Origin: the human T2T-CHM13v2.0 reference genome, Homo sapiens
Length of the DNA: 64,000 nucleotides
Assembly: GCF_009914755.1 (NCBI RefSeq)
Contig: NC_060928.1
Direction: 5' to 3' (one strand)
Under the pieces are notes generated by a model. That model was not told where the DNA came from and made no database searches. It saw only the letters and a list, made by a program, of their open reading frames with translations. This document shows, piece by piece, positions 1 through 14,810 of this stretch. The stretch's first letter is position 1. The number at the start of each line of letters is the position of its first letter. Made by a program: the position numbers and the translations under genes.

Positions 1-1
1 C

Positions 2-421
<420 letters not shown>

Positions 422-2712
422 TAGACTCTGATTTCAAATCTATAAAAACATTCCTGATGCTGATGATGTGTGTAATGACAGTGATACATATATATGTGTA
501 TGCATGCGTGTACATATATAGACATTTTCTCATAAGAGATAATTACCTTTGAATGGGAGAATGATCAGACACAAATGAAGTCAGAAAAACTAAAAACATG
601 CCCACCATAGGAGAGTAAAGAGGAAGAGATAGTACAGAGAAGGACAACTGGCAAAAATGAGAATGGAGGTACAAGGAAGTAGGAGGCTGCTGTGCCAAAC
701 AGGGCTAGTGGTTATAACTGTCTGAAGAAGAAAAGTTGATAAAAATCAAGTAATAAAGAGCCAACATCTACTGTACATGAAAAACTGGATAATAACACCA
801 TGAAATAAATGCTGGTAAAAAGTTTGGCTCCCCAGTGTAAATGGCAAAAGGGGCATATGTGTATGGTTCTTTAGTTTTTTTCAAGGCAAACTCCTAATGT
901 CATTTCCTCAGAGAGGCTTTCCCTGCTTACCCAATCTAAAATAGCACCCCCTCTCTTTCTAGCATTTATTGACCTAATTAACATTAACATTAGTCGGTTT
1001 CTATGAAGAAAGGACTTAGTCTTGCTCACCTAGAAGATATTTAGCACACAGTGGGCACCCAATAAATTACCAGATTAAAAAATGGGAAACATTCTTTGAT
1101 GAAATTAAAATAATTCTTTATCCACAGCAAAAAACTGAAAACTTGGAAGTAACTAGTTTCCTGAGAAATTCTAAAGTATTTTGAAATTCTAAATTCACCT
1201 TTAAATTAAAATAGTTATTTCTGAACAAGGCAAGTTATATAGACAGTTCTTTATTAGAGGTTAAGTTGATTCAGACACCAATGTTACAAATGTATTAATA
1301 TTTTAAATTTTGTTATAGTTTTATAAATGGCTAAGCATTTTAAAAATTAGCATTTCTACTGGTGCCAGTTTTTACAAATAAAGCAAAAACTCAATAATGG
1401 AAGAAACAAAATCAGAGTAACATCAAAACACCATGATGTGTTGCGGCCATTGTCCTCTAAAATTTGTAAGCGGATACAAACCAAATCCACTGTGTACAAC
1501 TGCATGGAAAGACTATTCATTAATTTCCATTTTTGACTTAAGCAATAGCTCCTTCTCTTGATTGTTTATCATTTGTATGGACTGCAGAAATCTAAAGATT
1601 TTCATAGACTGAGACAAAGTTGATTATTTTCCATGTATTTTTTCTAAATTTGATGCAAATACTTCCAGATAGACCAACTGTTTTCACCTGACAGAATATG
1701 AAGCAGATGACAAGCACAAGAAGTAGTCTGCTGGGTCACACAAAGGTCTCATGGCAGAGTTTTGTAAGATTCCAACCTGCACTCCCAAACACTTGAGACT
1801 TTAAGTATTCATGATCATTAATCTCCAAAAGGTCCTTATATTACTTTATTTTTCTAGTCTGTTCACTTTTATATTTTCCTCAAATCTCCAACATCCCCAT
1901 TCCCCATCTTCTCTGTCAGCTGATGACCTGGATTCCTACTTTACTGAGAAAAGCAGGCAATCAGGAGAACTTGAACATCCACCCACTTAACCAGCACCAG
2001 TGCTCATATCCTCTACCTGTGTTCCTATTAACAGGGCTATGCTATATGCTCTTGGCCAAACTCTCTAAGTATGTACTAGAAACTACCCCCTCTCACTTAC
2101 CCAAGGCTATGACTCCAATAATTCTCTCCCTCGTCAGTATTTCTACTCTCCACTGAACCATTCTCAAAAGCATACAAATGTGTTATTATTTTTCCTAATG
2201 CCCGAAAACTGTTCTTTCCACGGTCTTCCCCATATCAGTTAATGGTAATTCTGTCCTTCCAGTTGTTCAGGCCAAAAACTGTGGTATCATTTTTGACTTA
2301 ACTCATACCTAACTTCTAAGCCATCAGCAAATCTTTTAGGTCCTTCCTTCAAAATATATCCAAAATCCAACTACTTCTCATTACCTCTGTTGCTACCAAC
2401 CTGAGCAAAATCACCCGTCTTTTGTCTGGACTCCTGCATGCGTCACCCTGCTTCCATTTTTACTCCCCCACTCCCTTGACCCCTTCTGTTCTCAGCACAA
2501 CAGCCAGAGGGATCCTAGAAAACATACGTCACTGAATTAATTAATGACTTATTCATCATTCTAAAAACATTTACAAGCCAGTTTTGTGTTCTATTTTTCA
2601 AAGGAAATCGAAAAGTTTTCTTCCTTAAATCTTCCTTGCTGTCAGGGAGAAAAAAGTTGAAGAAAATAACGGATCATCAAATTTATTTCCCTAAATACTT
2701 AACTCTCAATAA

Positions 2713-3336
<624 letters not shown>

Positions 3337-3561
3337 TGAGATCCAATTATCTATCAGTATGGTGACTTGGACTTGAAACCACATGACCGTTAAACGTAGA
3401 GTACTTACTAAGACAAAAAATTTTTTTTCACTGAGGCATATAACATTTCTTAAATTCTCAAATTCCTTTGTGTTTTTTTGTGCCAGAGACCTTCCTCTAA
3501 ACTCCAAATAGTAAATTTTGAGAAGCCTGTAGAAGATGAAAAAGATTAAAAAGAAAGATTA

Positions 3562-3738
3562 AGCCAGGTGTAGTGGGGGCATGGCCTATAGTCCTAGCTA
3601 TTTGGGAAGCTGAGGCAGGAGAATTGCTTGAGCCCAGGAGTTGGAGGCTGCAGGGAGCAATGATCACACCACTGCCCTCTAGCCTGGGCACAGAGGGAGA
3701 CCTTGCCTCAAAAATATTAACAAAAAATAAAATAAAAA
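3562..3738 (+). mobile_element. Alu monomer (FRAM/AluJ right arm)
   Basis: Single arm with A tail. Confidence 0.85.
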
Positions 3739-5399
3739 GACTAAAACAGTATTTTAACAAGGCTGGTATTCATTCAACTTCAGGCATGTTTTAAATGTAA
3801 ATAAACTCTAGAACCCTAGACTAATAAATTTATGAAGACGACTCCTTCCAAGTCTTCCCTATCTCTGTAAATGGCAACCGTTTCCTTCCTTTGGCTCAGG
3901 CCAAAACCTTCAGAGTCATCCTTGACTGGCCTTTCTCCTCAGGTCCATTGCACTTGCTATTCCCTCTGTCTGGAATGCTGTTTCTCCAAATAACCACATT
4001 CCCTCCCCTTACCACGTGCAGATTTCTTCTCAAATATTCTTTCATCAGTGAGGCCTTTGCTGAACAACCCATTTAGAAGAGTAAATTGCCTCCAACATGG
4101 CCCCTCGTCTGCCCTGATCAGACTCCACACTTCCCCTAATTTTACTTATTTACTAGTTTACTGCCCATCTCTCCCTCACCAGAACTCAAGCTCCACGGAC
4201 AGAGATTTTTGTCTGTTTTATTAACTGCTGAATCTCAAATTAGAACAACATCTGAAGCACAGTTGGGACTCAAATATTTGTATAATGAATAGGAATGACT
4301 AAGTAAAACTGTAACATTTGCTTTAGGAAAGGCAACTATTTGATCCTTAAATTATGCACTTAATCCTCCGAACAAGTTCTACAAGAATAAAAACATCTTC
4401 ATGAAGCATACGTTTAGGTGGTAACGTTTAGGCACAAATTTAAGAAGCAATGCAACATGTCTCAGCACCTGTTCAGCGCTTTAAAGTATACAAGATACAG
4501 TTCATCCTTTACTTCTATTAACATAAAACTAGAAATTATCTTGAAAATTGCAGGCAGCATGTGGCATCATAGGTTTACATGATACCAGTTCCTTTTAAGT
4601 TCACCTATACAATCAGGTTCCAACAATGAAGTCACTGGATCCCCTATTATTTTCCGCTGCCAGCATAATGAGACTCTAACCTTGGCTAATCTTATTGGAA
4701 ACATGATCTCCCAACTGCTCTCTTAACATTTTCAATTTCCAAACAAAAGTCCAATATTTTTCTGACCTATTAAAATATTTAAGCACTCAAAAATGTGCTA
4801 CAAAAGAACTATCTCTGCCTGAAATACTGAGTTGATTAGTACTCATACCGCCACCAAACAAATTCTCAGGTTCAAAGAGAAAGTTCAAAAAATATTAAAA
4901 GAGTAAATGAAGATAACTGTATTAACGTTAACCAACAATGAGGAGGAGGCGGGTCACTGATATCTAAGGAAAGAAGAGTTATCGGAACCCTTTCTCAACA
5001 CTCGAGTACACCAAAAGTCTGTACAAAGGTCGCAAGTTATTGTCTATGGGTTTGCAGAAAAAAAACCATTTAATATCAATTATAGAGAAAGTTAATACGG
5101 CATGGTTTTTAAATTCTCAGTTTGCTTCGCATGTTCATCCAATTTACAGAAGCAAAAATGAGCTAAAACCAGTCTGTTCCACTCTATTCCCATGATTCCT
5201 ACGTCAGTAAGTTCTTCGGCAACTTGGTGCAATTGAGGGGGGGAAAAGGTAATTCAGAAGCAATGCAAATGGGACGGGGGGTACACCTCTCCGTTAGAAT
5301 GTGACCTCTCACATTCTAACAATAGTGGTGCGAACTTGTACCCAGCTTGCTCAATCACTAGAACGGCAAGATTCTAGCAGTGGTTAAGTTTTTCCACAG

Positions 5400-6680
5400 C
5401 CGAAGGACACCGTCAAGGTCTGCCTTGCATCTGTCACTCACACCTCCAGGATCTCCGTCACCCCAATCCCCCGAAAGCACGAGCCCTCGCTGGGCCCGGG
5501 TGCCCCCTCACCGTCACTGCATTTATACTGGCAGAGACCGTCCTCGCCTCCCAGGAGGTCCAAGGCGGCGTTCAGGTACGTGTCTATCTTATGAACGCCG
5601 TTCCGGATGGTCTTCAGGGTGGCTCTCCAGTCGGTGGTCTGGGCCTGCTCCTGGCACCTGACAACAGCGGCCATGAGGAGGAGCAGGAGGGTGAGCGCGG
5701 GGCGCGAGAGCAGGGCCATGCGCGCAGCGCCGGGCTCTACGGGTCCCCGAGCCGCGGCGCGGGGCGCGTCCCCACAGAGTCCCCAGGACGCGCTAGGCAG
5801 CGGCGCGGGCCCCGGACTTGGCAGCAGCCAGCTCCATATCCACGCCTCCTTCCCGGCTGGCCCTCAGGATCTCGCTGTCTTTACGTGAACCGCCTCGGGA
5901 AGGCAGCGCCGTCGCGGGGACGCGCCCGCTCACCTGGACCAGCGCGCCCGCTCACCTGGGCCAGCAACCGTCCCCTGTGCGCCTGCGCCGGAGCACGGCG
6001 CGTCAGCGGCGCACGGGAGGGGCGGGACGCGCAGGGGTGGGGCGGGACGCGCAGGGGTGGGGCGGGGCGGGGGCGGGGTTGGGGGGGCGGGGAACCGGGG
6101 GAGGGGCGCGCGGGGCGGGAAACGGGGGCGGGGCCTCCATGCCCACGTGGTCTCCGCGGCACCCTCCCAAGACCCTTGGTCCTGGTTCACAAGAGAACCT
6201 TAAAAAGTACCCAGGCCTGAGCCCCTTTTCTAGGGAGCCTGATTACGTTGTCCCAGGTGGCAGTGGGCGTCGGTATTTTTTAAGAAAGCTCTCCGGGCTG
6301 TTAACCGTGAAGCAAGAGTTGCAGAGCTAACCCCGGTGGCCTAACCTGACCAGTCGGGGCTCAGCACAGTAGCCCCGAGAGACAAGCTTTTCTGGGTGTG
6401 GACAACATCGGAGAAAATAACCCCTGTGCCCCCTCGCAGAGAGCGCTGCGAGAGGTCCAGCTGAGTTTCCGGCTTGAAGACGTGGTTCCATTGGCAATGT
6501 GGGCAGAGTCCGGCTGTCAGCTCGCAGAGCAGGGCTTTTCCTCCTTGCGTCCTCTCCCGGTCCTCCAGATCTGCTGTGGCCGCGGTTGGGGGAGCGGGAT
6601 CTGGAAGATGCCAACCCATGCCTTGGCGGTGCCTGACTCTAATCAGGACGAGCTAAATGCTAGTTTAGACTTTCCGGAAA
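5400..6680. promoter_or_regulatory. CpG-island promoter of PLA2G12A with GC boxes, NRF1-like and ETS-like sites
   Basis: Very high GC and CpG density; GGGGCGGG repeats 6019-6133; TGCGCCTGCGC at 5978-5988; TTCCGG near 6467 and 6672. Confidence 0.9.
5512..5719 (-). CDS. PLA2G12A: PLA2G12A (group XIIA secreted phospholipase A2) coding exon 1; remaining exons lie left of the window
   Basis: ORF MALLSRPALTLLLLLMAAVVRCQEQAQTTDWRATLKTIRNGVHKIDTYLNAALDLLGGEDGLCQYKCSD (signal peptide + sPLA2-XII N-terminus); ends at donor GACG|GTGAGG; 208 nt. Confidence 0.96.
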
Positions 6681-6999
6681 AAGAAAATGGGCCAACATAA
6701 AAATCATAAAATTCTCCCCTGGTAAGGAAGAAACAGTAGTGTAAACTTAAATACAGTAAAAAGTAAAATAAATCTTAAGGAAGTCATTGTTTTTCTACTC
6801 AAGGGATTTTGTAACTTGATAGTTACAGTGACGTTTGTTTCTCTGTACCTACCACCCTGCCCCCAGCATTGTGCGGGATCCATAAATAACTATTGCAGTA
6901 GTACTTTGTATCAGTTGTAAATATCTGGTTATCTTAGTATCACAGCAGTTTCCAAGAATTTTACAGTAAGATCCAGAGCAATGTTGAAAGTATTGGGCA

Positions 7000-7293
7000 G
7001 ACCAAGCGCGGTGGTTTACGCCTGTAATCCCAGCACCTTGGGAGGCCTGGAACTCCTGAGGTCAGAAGTTCGAGACCAGCCTGGCTGACATGGTGAAACC
7101 CCATCTCTACCAAAAATACAGAAAATTAGCTGGGCGTGGTGGCGGGCACCTGTAATCCCAGCTACTCGGGAGGCGGAGGCAGGAGAATCACTTGAACCCA
7201 GGAGGTGGATGGATGTTGCAGTGAGCTGAGATTGCACCACTGCACTCCAGCTTGGGGCACAGAGCGAGACTCTAAAAAAAAAAGAAAGTGAGT
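7000..7293 (+). mobile_element. Alu (S)
   Basis: Alu consensus; TSD aagtattgggca. Confidence 0.95.
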
Positions 7294-8439
7294 AAGTATT
7301 GGGCATAGGTGTGTCCTTTCTATAAGAATTACCAATAAGTTCTAGGTTTGGCCTTTTGTGTTTGTTACAAACTAAATGAGCTTATAATAAACGTTCAGTG
7401 CACAGTTCATAAAAATTACATCCCTCTTTATTGAGTGCTTACTATGTGCCAGGCACTTCATGAATATGATCGCTCACATTCAGAACACTACTTTACAAGG
7501 ATGCAGCCTTTGGGCAAGTTAGAAACATAGAAAGGCATTCCTCCCTACAAACAGGGTAGCCCAACAAACGGTGTAGCTCCTGGCTGGAGACTGCCTGCAC
7601 TTCACTCAGCCCCTCAACCAGGAGTCTTGGGCAGTGATTAATTCCTACCACAATGGAGAAGGGGGAAGAATGTTCCCTGGAAGGTATTATTATCTTCCTC
7701 TTTTACAATAAAAGAGTCGAGGTGAGAAGTCATGTGACAGTATCTACTCCAAACCAAGGCCTCTGTCTTCACAAAATACCACAGATATTTTTATTTTTTA
7801 ATTTTTAGACAACACATTTCAATACATTTTAAAAAGGGAACTTAGAATCATTGTCTTAGCTTTCTGGAACATTGGTTTCTCAGCTCCAAAGTATGAAAGT
7901 TGGACTAGATTACCTCTGAGATACCACCACCTGAATCCTTAAACCAGGCTTGGTTCTTACAACTCTTCTTCCAGAGAAACTCCCTAGTCCAGGGACAAGA
8001 CTTTCAAAAGAAAGGATAGAATGTAATAAAATAACCTAGTTCCAGCCCTCAGTTATGACCCAAAGCCTCTCCTTTCCCCCACTTTCTCTATTTATTTACT
8101 TCTTTGTGATCTCATCTAATTTCTTACACCTTAACTACAGCCTATACTCTGAGGAATCAGACGTAGTTTTCTTTGTCTGATCTCTCCTTAGGGATTAAAT
8201 TCTCAAATGCCAGTTCTTCTGGCTTGATGGAGCTGTTCTCTTTCTCTCAAGCAAATCTTTCCACTGTCTTCCCCATGAGAATCACCACCATTTTTGTAGA
8301 AAACAAGACTCTAAGTTTTATTTTCACATTCTTTTCACATTTAATCATTATATATTTGTTGTTCTGCTGCAGTAATTACAAGGTTTACGTTTTCCTCTTA
8401 ATTGATGCTGTTAAATACCAGGGATCTGCACTGACCACA

Positions 8440-9215
<776 letters not shown>

Positions 9216-9831
9216 CATCTCACGTAACTTCTAGATGACCCACTTCCATCTTTTCTTCCCAAATTTTGGCATAAACTGTTTGAAAAGAGCCTTCTTTACA
9301 GGACACTTTCATCTAACCAGCAAAACCTGTTATTTTCATGACAGACATCATTAGTTGCAAATCCACAGCTGTGTTCCAGGTCTTTCCTGCTAGAGAGTGG
9401 CTAGCTTGTCTATATATACTTTGTGGTGGGCAGAAGCTGAAGATAGGAAGTCAGTTATGATACAGTAATCTAGGTATGGCATAAGTATGGCTTGGTCCAG
9501 GAAAGGAGCAGTGGAGGTGTGAAAAGTGGTCATATTCTAGATGTAACTTGATGGTAGAGCAGAAGGGATTTGCTGATGGACTGAATATGAGAGAAAAAGA
9601 GGAATCAAGGATGGCATTGAAATTTTGGCCTAAGCCACAGGATAGAGAGAGTTCTAACTGTCAGAAATGGGGAGAATTGTGGAAGGAGAGGGTTTTGCGG
9701 GAAAATTTTAAAAATAAATTTCAGTCATACCATATCCAAGAAGCTTATTCTGAGTCTGCAGTTCAGCATAAAGGTTAGAAACGCATTGGGAAGTTGTCAG
9801 AATAGAAATGGCTTTTAAAGTCATGGGGCTT

Positions 9832-10201
<370 letters not shown>

Positions 10202-10465
10202 TTAGGAGGTCAAGGAAAAAAGAACAAAGGCGCTTAAGAAGGAGCAGCCAAGTGCAGCAGAAGTGGAAAAGTGCTATATTCTGGTGTGTCAAAGAAAGAC
10301 AGAACCACCCATTCTGCTGATATGAGGAAGGTGAGGGCCGGATATTGACTACTAGATTTAGTAACTTGGGGGTTATTGGTGAACTTCACAAGAGTCTCAT
10401 TGAAGTACTAGGGAGAAAACACAGTTGTAGTCAGAGGAAGAAAAGAATTAGAAATGGCGATTACA

Positions 10466-11198
<733 letters not shown>

Positions 11199-11646
11199 CT
11201 ACACTATATTTTCTATATAGAACTTCCCAGAACAATAATCAGGATAGGCAGTCAGATCTCAGATCTCTTCTAGAAACACCAAATGGTTTCTTCTATATAT
11301 ATGAGCATCATGGAAAAACATGGTAGTATTGATGAGATGAGAATGCAAAATTTGTGGGGTTTAACGTACCACATTAACTTAGAATGCTTGGAAACTACAA
11401 TATTACACAATGCTTTGTGTTATTTTAAATAACAAAAATCAATAAAATATTAATGATAAACAGCAATTTCTATTTTTTAGTATTTTCCAATGTCTCACTA
11501 ATGGCCTCAGCAGTGTTGTGATGAAAATAAAAGCCACGTGGTGAAAACAGTTCCAGCCATAATGGTTAATTTTTGTCCAGGATGAAAATAAAAGCCACAT
11601 GGTGAAGCAATTCCATCCATAATGATTAATCTATGGCTAGTGCCAA

Positions 11647-12331
11647 TGTCGCGGGAATCAGGCGGATGAGAGAGACTTCGGGGTAAAGCAGGAGGATCTT
11701 TATTGAGTGTACTCAGACTTACATCTGGAAAACTGGGCCTAGAACAAAGACAGCACTTGACTTTTATACACACTTCAAAAAGGGAGTGGGCTAGCTTGAA
11801 GCAGGCTTACAGTTACAGTGGTGTGAAAGCAAGGATACAGAGGCAGAGCAATTAATCAAATTGTGACAGGTTCATAACTCAGGATTACACATGACCGTTG
11901 CTGTGCAACCCAGATGTCAGTTATCTAGGTTTTCCTTTAGTGCCTAGCACAGCTTATTCCATGACCTTCACTATGGCGTCCAGGTGGCTGTATCTCAGGC
12001 CTGCTCAGACAGTTTATGACCTTCACTCCACTACTTAGATAAAACAGAATGCTTGAAGTTGCTAGTTACAGAGAACAGAAATCTATAAACTCATACTATA
12101 AGAGAAAGGAAAATTTGTTTTTCTTCTCCTTATGTTGAGGGAGTGCTGGGAGAGTCTCCAGAGCACATTCCTTTGTGTCCTAGCTTCTTAGATAGTGTTT
12201 ATCAAGACTCTTTTTCCTGGGTCTGGGCCTTGCCTGCTACTGCCTTTGGGATGAGTCAGCCTAATACAGGAAAGCTTACTTCTTTCTCTTTTTAATTTTA
12301 TTTTTCTTTATTTCTTTAATTTCCCACCGCA
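11647..12331 (-). mobile_element. Solo ERV1-class LTR (LTR15-like, subfamily tentative)
   Basis: TG...CA ends, 4-bp TSD ccaa, minus-strand AATAAA near 11699-11704 and TATAAAA near 11762-11768. Confidence 0.75.
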
Positions 12332-14051
12332 CCAAGGCTAGAAGTTTCATCTCTAAAAGGGAACTTAAGTTAAAGAGAAATAAGTACTAGGTTCCAGCCT
12401 TTGGCTAGAAAGTCAATGGCATTAATAGCTTTCAAGCTGGGACAAAGTGAAGGGCAAGAGATGGCTGCACCAGATCTATGAGCATGGGCTTGTTCCATAA
12501 TATGTTGAAGACAATGATCCTCTGCTTGGGTATGGTGGGGGGTCTACCATCAAGAAAATTTGATCAAAAAGATATTTTCAAGGTATCTTTGTATGCACAA
12601 TGTAAGATTGCTTGGCACACAGGAGGGATGGAAAGAACCCACTTAGTTGAGACTGCAGGGTTTTAAGCCATCAGGACAGAGTCCGTATGTAGTTCTTCTA
12701 ATTAGGGTTCCTGGCTACTTCCAAACCTCTGGTTGATTTTCAGCTTCGTATTTCCTATCACGTACTGTACACCTTCACTGGGCTTCCTTAGACATCACAA
12801 CTTCAAAATATCCCTAACTGTCTAAATCTGATTCCATTCCTCTACTTCCTTCCTTTCTGTACTCAGTGGCAACACCAATCACCTCACCATCTAAGAGACT
12901 GGGAATTATCCTAGTCTCAAATCCCTCTCCCTAGTACTGTAATCTATTTGTCCCCAAATGCCATCTATTTCACTCAACATATCTAGAGTCAGTGCCATCC
13001 TTTTTATCCCTGCTTTAGTTTCTACCTTCATTATTTTTCATTTGATTACTCCAAGAGTGTCTTAACCATCTTCCATACCCTCTCTCACCCACTTCCAATA
13101 CATCTTCCTTGCTGTCTCCAGCTTGAACTTCCTAGAATCCTTTAATGGTCCAAACTCTTTGGTATGAGGCTCTCCCTGGTATGGCCTTTCCCCCTCTCCA
13201 GCTCCTTAGCTGCACCCTGGGCTCCAGTCACTATGAACTGCTCTCCATCCTTGTGTGTGGTTAGCTCCTCACACTGCAGGGCCTTTGCATTTGTATCTGC
13301 CTGGAAAGTTCTTCCATAATTCAGACTAAGCTCACCTCTGCAGAAGCCCTCTTTAATATGTCAGGCTGGTTTCTAGATCTCCCTTTAGTTTTCCTTACCA
13401 TTGTACCTGGCAGGGTGCAGCCGCATAATTTATTTTCCCATTTCTCTTGTAAGACAGAGAGCTCTGAAACCAGGGTTAAATATAAGACGATGGCAGAGCT
13501 CCACATCCAATGAGTTGTGTCCCTGGCCACCTTCAGGCGAGCTCACAGAAGCAGCAATGTCCAGTGCCCAGGCTCTGCAGTACAAGCTGTACGTGGAGAC
13601 TGGGACCCATGCTAGTGGCCATGGTAGTCTCTGATGGAGCAGTCCTGCAGTGTGGTCTGTGAGCGTTATTTCCAGATGTGTAGACTCCAATTCTCTGGCT
13701 CTTTTGGAAATTCTGTGAACTGCATAATATCTTTGAATAAATCTATTTTTTCATTAAACCAGTTAGATTGGCTTCTGTAGTCTGGAATTAGGAGCGCTGA
13801 GACAGACCTCTAAACTAGGAGAAGCTTGGAGTCAGGTCATCTCACTCCTGCTGTTCCTGGTCTCTGTCACATAGAGTCGCTTCAGAGGGCTGACTTTCAC
13901 CCTTCAAGGCTTGACCCTGGTCTACTTTTCTGTGAAGCTGCCAGATGCTAGGTCACTGTGCAGACTGGCTTGGCCCTTTTGGGGGCCCCCTTCCTAGATT
14001 GGCTGAGGATGCCCTATATGCTGGGTTTCCCACCTTGTAGCACTGGAGTAC

Positions 14052-14353
14052 TTTTCTTTTTTTTTTTTTTTTTTAAGACGAGGTCTTGATCTGTCACCCA
14101 GGCTGGAGTGCAGTGCTGCAATCACAGCTCACTGCATCCTCAACCTCCTGGGCTCAAATGATCCTCCCACCTCAGCCTTCCAAGTAGCAGGGGCTGCAGA
14201 TGTGCACCACCACTCCCAGCTTTTTTTGTGTGTGATAGAGATGGGGTCTTGCTATGTTGCCCAGGCTGGTCTCAAACTTCTGACCTCAAATGATCCACCA
14301 ACTTTGGTCTCCCAAAGTGCTGAGATTACAGGTATGATCCACTGCGCCCAGCC
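14052..14353 (-). mobile_element. Alu (J)
   Basis: Reverse diverged Alu. Confidence 0.92.
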
Positions 14354-14427
14354 ACTTTTCTCTTTTTATCTCATACACAGACATATTCTAAGGTGCTGCG
14401 TTGCTCCCGGATTGCTGAGTCAGGACA

Positions 14428-14810
14428 AGGTGGTTTTCAAATATGTCCATAAATTCTTTGATACACCTCCTCCCTGCCGCCATCAAGAGATGGGTTATTT
14501 CCTTTCCTTTGAGCCTGGGCAGGTCTTTGTGATGCTAAGGGACTTCCAAAGCTGGGTTAGAGAAGGCCATGCAGGTTCTGCAGTTTCTCTTGGGAGGCTC
14601 ATCGGCTGCTATGTAGGAAGTCTGGTGCCCCCGGCCCTGCCATGTTAAGAGCCCATGGGGAGAGTGCAGAGAGACATATCTGAGAAGCCCCAGCTGTCTA
14701 AGTCCGCCCAGCCCAGGCACCAAACACATGAGTGAATAAGCCTTCGTGATAACTCTGGTCCAATCCTGTCTGACGGCAACAGCATGAGAGACTGGAAGGG
14801 GAACTTCCCA
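14428..14810. mobile_element. MLT1-type LTR relic
   Basis: ccataaattctttgatacacctcctc...gcccagcccaggcaccaaacacatgagtgaataagcc. Confidence 0.55.

Noticed and set aside
484-520. Alternating purine-pyrimidine quasi-palindrome
   Set aside because: Short, AT-dominated degenerate microsatellite; common and a weak Z-DNA former.
5380-6700. Overlapping Arg/Gly/Pro-rich ORFs up to 209 aa
   Set aside because: Expected from stop-codon scarcity in a CpG island; no recognisable domain.
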